A DNA stretch of 64,000 bases from the human T2T-CHM13v2.0 reference genome, Homo sapiens. This document shows, one piece after another, positions 30,601-44,702 of the stretch. The DNA lies in the NCBI RefSeq assembly GCF_009914755.1, contig NC_060940.1; one strand, written 5' to 3'. Position 1 is the first letter of the stretch; the number at the start of each line of letters is the position of its first letter. The notes under the pieces are model-generated. The model searched no databases. It had not been told where the DNA came from and worked only from the letters and a program-made list of their open reading frames with translations. The position numbers and the translations under genes were made by a program.

Positions 30601-31259
30601 GCAGTTCACTTTACTCATTGGAGCCTCATTTTCCTGCTTTGTGCAAGGGAGATAATAAGATTTACTCCAGAATATTATATAAAGGCTTACTAGGATATTA
30701 TATGTGATGTGCTTGGCATAGTGCTGAACCATAGATGAGAGGACCTAAAACAATTTTTTCCTTCCCTTTTCTCAGCATCACTTGTGACTGAATAATAAAA
30801 TTAGGCATTCTTGTTCTTCTCAGTATCTTTTGTTCTGGCCCCCAGATATGAGAAGGGTTTGACCTTTATGGTCTTTCTTCTGCTTCTTCAAACCCCACAA
30901 TCATTTTTTTGAAAATCACAAAATGCATGAGATAGATGGGACTTATGGGATCCCCTGTTCACCTTTACTTCAAAGCCAGAAATGCCATTCTTTAAGTCCA
31001 AGGCTTACCCAGTCTTCAGGTTCTCACTCAAGTGTTACCTTTTAGGGACCAAGCAGAATCGAGGTACTCAATAAAGAGTTGCTGGTTGCTGGATGAATAA
31101 ATGGCTGAGTCTTCTGTGAACCCTGGCCCATTCTATTCTTTGTCTAAATCTTGCCACACGTGTTTTCTTTATGAATCATTCTGTCCTTTATTCTTAAAGA
31201 TACTAGTTATGTCTCGTATTTCTCCTTGACCATTCTCTTATCTACCCAACACACCTAAG

Positions 31260-31380
31260 AATATATATGTATGTATATATATACACATACATAAGAATAT
31301 ATACCACATACATAACACGTGTGTATATGTATGTCTACATATGTGTATATATACACGTGTGATATAAATTTATATATGTG
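31260..31380. repeat. (TA/CA/TG)-rich alternating purine-pyrimidine repeat
   Basis: Direct reading. Confidence 0.8.
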
Positions 31381-32419
31381 AATTACTAGAAACGTTTCGA
31401 TTTTAGGATTAGATATTTTGCATTTATACATTTGTCAGCCTACTGGACTGTAAGTTCATTGAGGGTAAGAAGAAAAAGACCATGATAACCCCTTCTGGGA
31501 ATATCAGTGCCTACGAAAACATCTGTTTCTCAGTAAATGTTGGGTATCGATGCTGAGCAATGCTGAAACATATGCATGAGCATTGTTACTCCAGTACTGA
31601 GAGCCAAAGATGCCATGGTGCACTCTATCATTTTAGAAAGACCACAGACAATTAGATGGAAAAGGAAGGCAACATCTTGCTAGGATCTTGTGTATGCTTC
31701 CAGGCAGATGAACAGCCTTTTTCCTAGGGAAATGCATGGCAGGCTTCATGTAAGAGGTTCCCTCAATAACCAAACACTCCATTCAAAGGTTATATTTACA
31801 CAGCTCATTAGGAAAATTTTTTATACTTTTGACACTCATTAGACTCATAATCGTCCACTGAAGCTACTGTGTAACAAGAGATAAACACTCCATTCTAGAG
31901 GATGAATAATTAGGTACTGCTCAGCACTGTGCTCTTTACACGTCTAATTTTAGAGCATAATTAATCCTGCTGAAGCTGCATACGATAAGTGAAATATTTA
32001 TGCAGCTGTGTTAATTCATGTATTTACTCCTAGAGAGACATTCAGAATTGGTCATGGCTTTCCGGGAAGATCATCTGGAGACACCCCCTGGACCAATGGC
32101 ATTTTCTCTCCCAAGTCTTATGCCTCCCGATGGCCTCAAGAGATGAAGCTGAATAGAGACATTTCCCAAACCCAAGTCTGACCAGGAAGGCAATGAGCCA
32201 GAACAGAAAATATCGATGAGAACCTAGATGTTCTGTAAGTACATGAACAAACCCCTGGCCCATCTGGATGCTTTTACTGTTTATTTTTTATTTGGTGCAA
32301 AGAAGACCTTTTCTGTTTAGCACCACAAAAGTTGTTTCTGTGTTACTAACTTGACTACATTATTGCCAGTGCAACACTAAAGAAGTTGTGTTTGATACTA
32401 GAGTTGTGCACGGGCAACT

Positions 32420-32579
32420 ATGGTGATGATGAGAAGGAGAAGGATGAAGAGGAGGAGGAGGGTGGTGGTGATGGCCATGATGATGGTGGTGATGATCGTG
32501 GTAATGAGGATGATGGCAATGGTCATGATGATGATGATGATGACGGTGATGGTGGTGGTGATGATAATGATAATAATGA
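32420..32579. repeat. Degenerate trinucleotide repeat (GAT/GGT/GAG/AAT)n
   Basis: Direct reading; the source of the low-complexity ORFs at 32386-32658. Confidence 0.9.
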
Positions 32580-33118
32580 TATCAGAGGCGTGTGAACCAG
32601 AACACTCCATCTTAAATAGTAGCTGGGTAAAATGAGGCTGAGACCTACTGGGCTGCATTCGTAAATGGCTTAAGGCATTCTAAGTCACAAGATGAGATAG
32701 GAGGTGGGCAAAAGATATAGATCATAAAGACCATGCTGAGAGACAAAACAGGTTGCAGTAAAGAAGCTGGCCAAAACCCAACAAAACCAAGATGGCCATG
32801 AGAGGGATCTCTGGTCGTCCCCACTGCTACACTCCCACCAGCGCCATGACAGTTTACAAATGCCATGGCAACATCAGGAAGTTACCCTATATGGTCTAAA
32901 AAAGGGAGGCATGAATAATCCACCCCGTGTTTAGCATATCATCAAGAAATAACCCAGCCTTGGGTCTGCTCTGTCTATGGAGTAGCCATTCTTTTATTCC
33001 TTAACTTTCTTAATAAACTTGCTTTGACTTTACTCCATGGACTTGCCCTGAATTCTTTCTTGCATGAGATCCAAGAACCCTCTCTTGAGGTCTGCATTGG
33101 GACCCCTTTTCTGTAACT
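32580..33118 (+). mobile_element. MER41A solo LTR (ERV1)
   Basis: tcagaggcgtgtgaaccag..ctgagacctactgggctgcattc..aggaagttaccctatatggtctaaaaagggaggcatgaataatcc..aataaacttgc..ctgtaac. Confidence 0.88.
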
Positions 33119-33300
33119 ACAATGGTGATGGCTAACATTTATTGAACCACTTGTATGTTACAGGGTCTATGCTAAGCTAAGCTATGCACTTTACATGTAT
33201 TCTCCCATTTCATCTTCACACCAGCCTTATTAGGTAATTATTTCTGTACCCTTTCACAGATGAATAAACCGAGGCTAAAAAAGATCACTTCTTTCATAGA
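33119..33300 (-). mobile_element. MIR
   Basis: gctaacatttattgaaccact...ttcacagatgaataaaccgaggct. Confidence 0.7.
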
Positions 33301-33916
33301 AGTATTTGTAAATGGGACAGTAGATTTAGTTCAGATGTGCACTAAATTACTCCTTCCTAAAGGATTTATACATCTCAAGAGTTTAGTCATCTTTGATAGA
33401 TAACTTAGAGAATTAAATATAACAACAGTCTTCCCTAATTGGCCCCCTTCCAGAGTAAGGTCCCTGAAGTAGAAGCTTTGCCACTTACTAGCTAGGGGAT
33501 TTGCCCTCTGAGATTCAATTTCCTCCTCTGTAAAGTGGGAATAAGCAACATTTAACCTCATAAGGTTACGAAGATTACATTGAGGAACGTATGTAATGCA
33601 TCCAGTATGATGATTGACATACCCAAGTCCCTAAATATGTTAGCTGTTTTATAATAGATGCTTCGAGAGTGACACCAATGGTGGGTGGGGCTAGAGTTAG
33701 AACTCACTTATTTGACAGATACCTATCACATTTAAAAGTTTCCAGCCAAATGAAATACATCTTAACATCAATCAATCATTCATCCATACATGTATTTATT
33801 CATTCAAACCTTTATTGACCAATTTACCTGTGATGTTCAGTGTTTTGTTGTAATGCTGGAAATAAGACTCCTGTTTGCTGAATAGTTCATCCCCTGTAAG
33901 GGTGATTATCCACCCC

Positions 33917-34382
33917 TGTGATAGGCAAAACATTTGGCCCCAATTCTTCAGCATACTCTCAGTGTCCACACTATTGCCATAAAACTTCAAGACCTATCTC
34001 ATGAAAGGCAGAGTATACCTGCAATCCCTTGACCCTGAACTTGGCCACCTGACCTGCTTTGGACAGAAGGATGTTAGCAGACGTGAACGTGACCAAGCAG
34101 TGGCTTGAAATGTGCATGTGCAGCTAGGCGTTCCTTTCTGTGCTTCTGCCATGGCCAGGAAAAGAGCTTCCCCAGGTAGCTGCTACCTTTTCAGCCCGAG
34201 ACACAGCAGAAACACGTGTGGAGCAGAGACCACACCACTGATTCGTACGCTTGTGGCAGGAAGCAGAGGCACTATCCCCACCCCAGGCAGAGCTTCTCCA
34301 CTCAACCTGCACTACCATGAGGAAAATAAATGCTTACTGTTGTACGCCTCTAAGATCTCACAGCAAAAAGCTGACCAACACA
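33917..34382 (+). mobile_element. Old MLT1 (MaLR) LTR
   Basis: cttggccacctgacctgctttggac..aaaataaatgcttactgttgtacgcctct..cagcaaaaagctgaccaacaca. Confidence 0.7.
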
Positions 34383-35231
34383 GCCACAAATCATTATTAC
34401 ACAGCAGAGAACATGGCCAGTGATCTGAGGAAGGTACAAATGCCCTATGGAGAATTCAAAGACTCACATGTTCTCATTTGGGAGTTAAATATAAAACACA
34501 TTTAGAATGCCTGATGGCACTGTGAGAATCTAGGATTTAACTCTGTGAATAGAAAGAAGATAAGAAGCCACAAGTAATTGTGCACTTCATTCGAATTCAC
34601 ACTAACCCTATGCACTAGCTAACCTCTGCCTATTTTGATATTGCATTTCACTGTAGTGGTAACTAGATTTTTCTCTCCCACCTGTAGCCTGGCATAACAC
34701 GTTCTGTAATCATCTCTGAATATAGCCTCCACTATTTGAACGGGGCTTCTGCCCTCTGGCTTGAGCCTTTCTATCCTCCTCATACCGAGCTCATTTTTGG
34801 TGTTAACCTGCTATCTGAGCTGACTTTGCTTTTCCTATTTCCTCCGTGTTGGCAATTGAAAGGAAACCAACCTGCCATTCCAAGCCACGGCCAGCCTCTA
34901 GAGGCCATGCCAGGAAACCCCGGGCTATAGTGAGATCACCAGCTATGAAGTAGAAAGGGCAGACAGGAGGAAATGCTTCTGGTGACACAGCTGGCCCAAG
35001 CGGCTTTACAGTTCTATAAATGCCACAGTCTCATTAGACTGCAATAGAGATTGCCTTTCCTTCATTCCTCCACGGGATAAGAACATGAGTTGCCATGTTG
35101 GTACAACATGACTCCACCGTGAGTCATGCCTGATAAGTCTAGGAAAGAGTCTTTGACCTCAAAATGCATCAGAAATCCTTTCTCTGGAGTGAAATTGGGA
35201 CTGATTACAGCCTAGTTATGTAATTTTGTAC

Positions 35232-35468
35232 AGCAGCGTTTCTCAACCACAGCCTACCAACATGTGAGGTTGGATAATTTTGTGTTTTGTGATGTAGGGG
35301 GCTGTCCTGGACCCTGTAAGGTGTTTTCCTGCATCTTCTGGCCCTGGCCTCTACCCATTAGATCAGCAAGCAGATTCCCAGCCGTGATCACTGAATGTGT
35401 CTCCAGGCATTGCCAAATGTCACCTGAGGGACAAAATTGCCCTTCACCCTTTGAGAACCACTGCCCTA
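35232..35468. mobile_element. MER20 (hAT-Charlie)
   Basis: cagcgtttctcaacc...gtctccaggcattgccaaatgtcacctgagggacaaaattgccc...tttgagaaccactg. Confidence 0.8.
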
Positions 35469-35762
35469 GACAGAAGACCTATAAATTCCCACTTAAGGCA
35501 CCAGGACTGTCCTGGCTCTTGTCTTTTTCTAAACCTATTTAACTCTTTCCTAAATCCCCTGAGAGAGACTGTATCCTTAGAATACTTTTGTTTGTTAAAT
35601 TTAGTTATCTAGAATTGCTTTCCATTATAAGCAACCTAAAGAACCATGGTTTCATGTGACAGGAACTCAGTAAATATTTTTAGGGAGCAAACTCATCATG
35701 CAAAGATCCACTGGGAAGCCCAGGAGCAAACAAAGCGAGTGTGAGGGTCTCAAGTCCCCCTA

Positions 35763-36074
<312 letters not shown>

Positions 36075-36599
36075 TCATGCTGGTGATGATGACTCATGGC
36101 CTCTCCATCCCCTCATCATAAAAGGATCTATTTTTAATGAGGAGATAAAAGCCAGAACCTTTTCTCTCCAACTTACAAGAGGCAGCTAAATAAAGACATG
36201 AAGGATCCATATACCCAAGTGAGTAAACAGTTGAGTTTGCTGGTTTGCTAAGTGTTTGTCCTTAACACTCCCAGTGGTGGAGGACAGTGCCCTATTTAGA
36301 AAGGTTTGCATCAGAACAAAATAAACCACTAAGGGGCAGAAGAATTTGGTGGTAGTGTGTATGAAGGGGAAAGGAACTAAATAGGAATATTTTTTCCTCC
36401 CAAAAGAAATACATGTGCTGCTTATTTATCATACAGAAATTATTGCAGAATTTTTAAAAATCCAAATAATATAGAAAAGTATTAAAAATACAATTAAAAT
36501 TAAAGCTACCTATAATTCTATAACTCAGATTCAACCTTTGTTAACATGTTAGTGAACAGCCTTCCAAATGTTTTAGTGAGTATGCACAAACACGCATAC

Positions 36600-37165
36600 A
36601 CAGAGATTGGCAAACTTTCTTCTATAAAGACAAGATAATAAATAGTTGAGGCTTTGTAGGACATACCGTCTCTGTTGCAGCTATTAAACTCTGCTGTTGT
36701 AGGGTGTTATGGGGCTGCACTGTGTCCACCCCTAACATTCATACAGAAGTAGGGTGAACCCCTAATCCACTGTGGCTGCCGTCCTTATTAAAAGGAGAAA
36801 TCTGAACACAGACATGCACACAGGGAGAACGCCATATGAAGACTGGAGTTATGCTGCTGCAAGCCAAGGAACTACCAGAAGTCAGGAGAGAGGCCTGGAA
36901 CAGATCCCTCCCTGGAGCCTTCGGTGGAAGCGTGGTCCTGCAGATGCCCTGATCTTGGACATCTAGCCTCCAGAGCTGCGAGACAGTCATTTCTGTTCTT
37001 TAAGCTGCTCAGGTTGCATTCCTTTGTTATGGCTGCCCTAGGAAACCAAGACATAGTGCCAAAGCAGCCATAGAGAATGTGTAAACAAACGAACTTTGCT
37101 GTGTTCCGATAAAATGTTATTTAGGAAAACAGATGGGTCCACGGGCTGTAGTTTGCCAACCCTTG
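36600..37165. mobile_element. MER58A split in two by an MLT1 LTR
   Basis: 5' half ends ..actctgctgttgtag; 3' half resumes ..gccaaagcagccatagagaatgtgtaaac. Confidence 0.8.
36705..37053 (+). mobile_element. MLT1B/C-type solo LTR with 5-bp TSD
   Basis: TG...CA ends (tgttatggg...ggaaaccaagaca); taggg/tagtg flanks. Confidence 0.85.
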
Positions 37166-37437
37166 TTTTAATCCCGAAAATGTTATTATGCCACACAAAC
37201 TATTTCACATATTGCTTTCTTCTCTCATTCCATACCTAGTGAATATATTTCCATGTGAATACACATAGCACTTTTAAATTCTTTTTTGATACACTTATTT
37301 TTATTGAGGTATAACGTATGTGTAATAAAATGCTTGATGAATTTTTACATATGTATATATCCTTGAAATCACCATGCAGTTCAAAATGTGGAATGTTATC
37401 ATTTCCTTAGAAATCCTATGCATACCCCAGAAAATAA

Positions 37438-37778
<341 letters not shown>

Positions 37779-39526
37779 TAGATCCCTGTCAGTAGTCCTG
37801 GATATTGTTTCCAAATGTTAAAGTTATTTAACGAGGCTGAAATGATCACTGTGGAATGCAGGGATGAATGTCTCAACTCTAAAATGGGTAAGAAAACTAA
37901 ATCGGAGATGACTCAACTTCATGACACTTTCTCAACTTTATTGCCTTTCTTTAACAAGAAAACATAAAACAGTGAAGCAAAAAAATAAAAATAAAAATGG
38001 CAAAGAGAGGATGTGAAACACTGCATCTTTTCAGAGACAGCTGCCGAAGGACTCCCTATGGGAACAAAACTATTTGGCAGGTTTACAGCCGTGTTCTTCA
38101 TTTTAATTTTTTTTTGTTTCTATAATGGTTTGAGGTGGCGCAAAACTGTAGGACTTGTCTCATCCACAGAAACACTCTGAAGCTTTGATCTCAAGGTAGG
38201 GGTATCAGAGACTTGGTTTTAGGCTCTGAGAGTATTAAAGGGAATCAGATCAAGCAGCAGCAGAAGAGAACTGGGCACTGATTGGCAACAGCGATGGTAA
38301 CCTAGAGCTGTCATACGTAACCTGGAGCAACCTAGAGCTTGGCTTGATGACAGCAAGTCAAGAGGAACAGCCAGCAATAGTGAGACCTGCAGAAATATGG
38401 GATGGAGAGTTATACAAGGTCAAAAGTAACTTGTGTATAATGGGAGTAGGGTGTGTAACAGGAACACTGGAGTAGTAGGTGAAAGGAACCTGAGTTCTAG
38501 TCTAGGCTAGGATGATGGTGCAACCTCAGGAAAGTCACTTTCTCCTTTTGGATTTCTGGTTTCTCCTCTGTGAGAGGTGGCGTTCATTGTGGTCTTGCTG
38601 AGACACTTGTTCAGCTGTGGTATTCTAAGATTGTGTGAGCCAACAGTCACATTCTGTGGCTATCCATAGGGAAATTGAAACTCTGGATAACACATGTATC
38701 CTAAGGACTTAGGGCCGTGGAAGGTGTTGGTCTCTTGATAAAGCTGAGATACTTGCAACGTCAATACTTCCCGTATCCATGTTGCCATGGAGATATAGAA
38801 ACTTGGTTTTATTTAGACTTTCTAAGTACCACCCAACTCTCGTCTCTCCATTCCTCAAAAAATAAACATATACACACACACATGTACACATGGGCACATT
38901 CAAACATTAGGGCCCTCTGTTGGAATTCATGGGGTGAAACCTTCTCCTATCCTGCTAAGCCACTGTGCACTGAGGTGCTGCTAGGCTGGAAATCTACACA
39001 CGTACCTAGCAACCACATAAGAGTTGTCCAGAAGCAGTTTAAGTTGGTATTTTATGGACAGGCATAGACATCTTCAAATCAGTACCATATTTCATGACAG
39101 GTCTTTTTGAGCTGAGCAACAGACAGACATATGAGTACAAGGAATAAAGGAAGTTTTCTTTGGGAACAAAGTTTATAAAAGCACAATGCTGAAAAGTCAG
39201 AGGCAGGACAGCTGCAAAAGATGTGGTTGACTCTGACCAAAGCAGTTACACATTGGCATGACTGGGGTGGGCTGGTGGTCATGCTGTCAGAGGGGTCTGG
39301 CCATGGAGGCACACAATTGGGCCAGCCCTCCATGGCCTGACTGTCATCTTAGGGCCATGTCAGAACTGAAGTGATTACAACACAGAAAGGAAACTGTAGG
39401 GCCACATGAACTGGTTTCTAGATTCTAGAGAGCTGGGGCCTACACACAATGGGCTACAGACAACTGCGTGTTTAAAAATATCCTGGGGCATACACAGTCC
39501 CCTCCCAGAGAGATGGTCATTGTCTG

Positions 39527-40008
39527 AGATACCATCTCACACCAGTCAGAAAGGGCTATTATTAAAAAGTCAAAAAATAACAGATGCTGGCAAGGTTGTG
39601 AAGAAAAAGAAAAGATTATACACTGATGGTGGGAGTGTAGATTAGTGCAACCATTGTGGAAAGCAGTGTGGCGATTCCTCAAAGACCTATACTGGGTATA
39701 CACCCAAAGGAATGTAAATCATTCTATTATAAACACACAGGCACACATATGTTCACTGCAGCACTATTCACAATAGCAAAGACATGGCATCAACCTCAAT
39801 CAAACCCACCAGTGACAGACTAGATAAAGAAAATATGGTACATATACACCATGGAATACTATGCAGCCATGACAAAGAACAACATCATGTCCTTTGCAGA
39901 GACATGAATGGAGGTGCACACCATTATCCTGAGCAAACTGATGCAGGAACAAACTATGAATTAAAATAAATAATAACAAATGGAATCACTAATAATCACT
40001 TTAAAAAA
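39527..40008 (+). mobile_element. L1PB-like fragment with 18-bp TSD, lacking most of the 3'UTR
   Basis: agataccatctcacaccagtcagaa.. ORF2-end sequence; agagatgg(t/c)cattgtctg at 39509-39526 and 40009-40026. Confidence 0.85.
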
Positions 40009-40634
40009 AGAGATGGCCATTGTCTGCAAGATGTTTTATAAAATAATACTTAGCATTTCACAGACATCATCCCACTGAGGCCTCACAACTGTCCAGTAGC
40101 AAGATATTATTATTGTTATTATTTTTCTATTCTGTCTATAAGCAGACAAGGTTCAGAAAGCCTAAGGCAGCCTGGGGCTTGTTGGTGATATTTCCAGACT
40201 TTATATTATAAAACCCTCTAGGACAACACTGTCCAATAGAACTTTCTGCAATGCTGGAAATGCTCTGACACCATCTACTATGGATATCGAGCACTTGAAA
40301 TATGTTTAGTGCAAATGAGTTGTAAATTTCATTTAATTTCATTAATTTAGATTGTAATGTAGGGGGTCCCACGTGCCTATGGGCTATTGCGGCACAGCCC
40401 TAGCTGTTCTGTGGCAAGCAAGGGGAAGGCTTAGGGAGCAGGACTCTGGGTCTCCCTTTTTGCTCTGACCCAAAAAGTCTACTTTTGATCCGTTTTCTAT
40501 TGGAAAAAATAATTGTTCCTGTTGTTAAAAAGAAAAAAAAATCCCCTAAATCTCTGAGATTTGTCAACAGGGACTTTGGGCAAAGCAACTGCATTTCTCA
40601 GGCTCAGTTTTCCCTATGAAAAATGGAGCCAACT

Positions 40635-41028
<394 letters not shown>

Positions 41029-44000
41029 TCAGAACATAACAAATGCTCGAAACACATAAATGCATTCAATCAAATTCAGATTTTATGCCAAAGGGGCTCA
41101 CCAATTTTATGGATCCTATAGGAGAAATCCAGTTCTGCATACTTTATATGCATTATTATATTTTTTGGTCCTTCTCCTTGTGCAGGGATGGGCATACTAC
41201 TGCCATCCCCATTGTCAGATGGAGAAACTGAGGCATTGAGCAGTAAAGTGACTCAGCACTACCACCCAGCCCATACGTGTCAAAAGTGGCATTGGAACCT
41301 ATGCAGTCTGACACCAAAGACCACTGACATAACCACTGTGACCAAGCCATGCTATCCATAAGACTTGTAGAGTAAATGGAGGCAGCTCTATTACTTAGAA
41401 AATTCAGATGGGGGGTTTTAGCTATAAATAAGCCAAATGTTTTGACAGAAGAGGCAAGGATGGGGCCAGAGCGGCCGGAGTTTCAATAGTCGTGGTGGGT
41501 TGTTCCACTTCATCTGTCTCGTTCCCAACAGCCACAGAGTCATCTAAGGGGCTGCAGTTACCTCCATAGAAAACTCTTGCCCCTAACATAGTCTACTCCA
41601 GTCCATCGGAAGACATGTAGGTATAGGTGGCCATAGCTTCTTGTTGAAGATGGAGGGTAAGAAAGAGAAAAAAGGCCACCTGAAACGGAAGCCCGCCATA
41701 TTTCAAGTGCTTAATTTCCATAGTAGACAGTGTCAGAGTATTGGTCTGATGTGGACCAATGGCATTTGGAGGGGTTGAGCTGCGACTGCTGGACTCAGAG
41801 TGACGTGTTAGGCTGCAGCCTGGTATGGGCAGCACTGGCTTGGAACACCACTGAGGGGCTGGTTCCTTAGAACCAAGAGCATCCAACTGAAAGCCCAGTT
41901 AAGAACACACAGCTAAGGGAACCCATTTACTCTTCTCTGCTTGGTGCATGTTCTCTTCCTTTTTTGAAGAGGAATTTGTCTTTGTGCCACATTCTCAGTT
42001 CCTACCCAGGTACCAGGGTTGTGTTTCTCCCACTGGGCAGGAGGACGTTCAGAGGTCAGGTCTGAGAACTGTGGGATGTTGCCTGTGATGAGGACAGAGA
42101 CACCATCTGACACACTGGGGTCCATGCCACCTTTCTGCCTCCACTCCCTATAGAAGATGTTGGAGAGGAGCGATCCCTCTTCTCCAATGTCTGCGACAGA
42201 CCAAAGACACCTTGGCTTCACACCATGAGGGCTGGAGCAGTGCTGGAGCTCAAAAGAATGCCATGCTATGCTGGCTACATGACAGGCTCACCCCCTGCCA
42301 GGCATCTTAGTGGCTGTGCGGGTGCCATTACCTTCTCCATCACCGGCAGTCCTCAAGGAGCACAAATGATTAGAAATGACAGTAATTCAGAACAAGAGGG
42401 GGAAATAAGACCTCCTCTCTGTAAATTAGCAAAGAAGCAAGGTAAGGACGGATGTCACATGTGCCCCATGCTACTTTAACCTAGTGGTTTCCTGCCATCC
42501 TTATTGACAGCTCTCAAGAGCTGCTACAGCTTTCACAAGTGTGTAGATCTGACCCCATTCCTTTAGTCAGTGGGTCTCTCTTATACCTGCACAATGGCCT
42601 TGAAAGTCCAATCCTAGCCCCAAGACTGTTTACTGGCAAATCTAATTGTCCCTACCCTGGGGAGGACTATACCCCACAGTAGAGGCATGGACACATTAGG
42701 GATGGGAACTTGTATTATCAAGCGGCTTGACATTTCCTAATCAAAAGTTTCCGGTTTTAGCTCATCATCTTCTTATGCATGTTTGCAGATGCTCTCTGGG
42801 GGTCTCAGCACATTTAAAGGCTAATTATATAGTTAAAGTTAATTATTCATTCATTAACATTCAAGAAGCCTTTAACAAGACACTGCTTGTCTTGATGAAT
42901 TAATGAAACCAGCATGTGCACATGAGTGTGTGTGTGTGTTACTGAAAATTAAAACATCTCTTTGATGATAACTGAATATATTTTTTTCAGATCAAACCAA
43001 ACCCTTGCCAGGAAGAGGAACACATTAGCACTTGAGGTCAGTTGGCATGTTTGGGCAACTGTGGAACAGGGAACACAATTCAGATTTATCTTCACCAGCT
43101 CCATGAGTGAAGCCCGGTCATGGGACCTCTCTGAGCTTCAGTATTCTCATCTGTAAGATGGGAAATAAATAATAACTTATTACAGGGCTGGCTGTTGGAT
43201 GGATTAAAATGGAAGTGAAGGTGTTTTGCTTGTAATTGCAGATGCTGGTGGGATTTAGGAGATTATCTGGCAGTGGTGGTATCATTATGCAGAGAAGCAG
43301 TGGAGGTGTGGATCACCACCGGGTACCCATCGGGGAAGGGCATTCATGATCCCCAGAAATGGCACCACTGAGGCATGACAAGCTTTGAAATTGTTTACTT
43401 GGGCAAGAGACACTCAACCTATACAGGGACTACCTGCCATCAGCACAGAATGGTCTAAAACTGGCTTTGGGAAAATGGCCTAGAATCACATTTTGATTCT
43501 GGGTTTGTGAATACAAACTCTAAAGTCAGAGTTATACCAACATTGATGAATTTTCACAAAGGAAGCATTTTTCAAAGCAAACTCCCTTAAGCTAATTTAA
43601 TTCCTCGATCGATGTCTTGCATAGCGTAGTTAAATTGTTTCCAACTTTTTTGGAAACATTTTTACTGGGGTCAATTCTTTTGTGTTTAAATTTTATAAAT
43701 ATTTGCTTCATTGATCAGGATTTGGACCACAACAAATTTTACTAATTTATAACTTCTGCCATTTTGAGTTTTCTTTTGTGGTTATTATTTCCACCAAGTC
43801 AAGTCCATTTCTCCTGGGTCAAAATTGTACAGAGATCCAAAATTAGCTAAGAAGATTTGAGTCATCTATGGATTTTTAGTCAATACCAAATTTCACCCTG
43901 TGTGCTTTCAGCTCTTGTCAGTTTATTTTGTGTGGCTTATTTTTTTTACCAATAATATTCACTGTGAATTGGGCAAAAAAGATGGATGGTTAATATTTAT

Positions 44001-44039
44001 TTTTTTAGCTGATAATAAATCCTGAGTGATTTTGTAAGA

Positions 44040-44342
44040 CAGAGGCAGAGAGAAGCAGAGAAGGGGAGAGGATAGAAGAGAGGAAGAGAACTAGGGAGGA
44101 GGAAGAGATCCAGATGGAAGGAGGTACCAAGCAAAACATGAAGACGGAGACAGAAAGAGAGAAAAACGATGAGAAAGAGAAAGTGAGGAAGAGAAACAGA
44201 GAAGGAGAAAGAGATGTTAGTAAGGTACAGAGAGGGAGAGAATAAAAAGTGAGATATATTGCAAGAAACTAAGAGAAAAAAGGGGGGAAAGAAAGAGAGA
44301 AAAAGAGGATAGAAGAAGGTAACGGGGAAGGAGTGAGGACAG
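44040..44342. repeat. GA-rich low-complexity tract
   Basis: Direct reading. Confidence 0.85.
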
Positions 44343-44702
44343 TGATATGGTTTGTCTGTGTGCCCACCCAAATCTCATCTTGAATTGTAGCTCTCATAAT
44401 TCCCACCTGTTGTGGGAGGGACCCAGTGGGGGATAAATGAATCATGGGGCCAGTTTCCCCCATAAGGTTCTTGTGGTAGTGAATAAGTCTCATGAGATAT
44501 GATTGTTTTAGAAGAGTTTTCCTCTTTTACTTGGTTCTCATTCTCTCTTGCCTGCCACCATGTAAGACATGCCTTTCACCTTCCACCATGATTGTGAGGC
44601 CTCCCCAGCCACATGGAACTTTGAGTCCATTAAACATCTTTTTCCTTATAAATTATCCAGTATCGGGTATGTCTTTATCAGCAGTGTGAAAATGAACTAA
44701 CA
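44343..44702 (+). mobile_element. THE1C-like (MaLR) solo LTR
   Basis: tgatatggtttg..cccacccaaatctcatcttgaattgtagct..ccattaaac..gggtatgtctttatcagcagtgtgaaaatgaactaaca; gacag/gagag flanks. Confidence 0.88.

Noticed and set aside
32386-32658. Acidic, poly-Met and poly-Ile ORFs
   Set aside because: Translations of a degenerate trinucleotide repeat
32580-33118. Interferon-inducible MER41 enhancer
   Set aside because: The tandem GAS-containing segment is absent (MER41A type)
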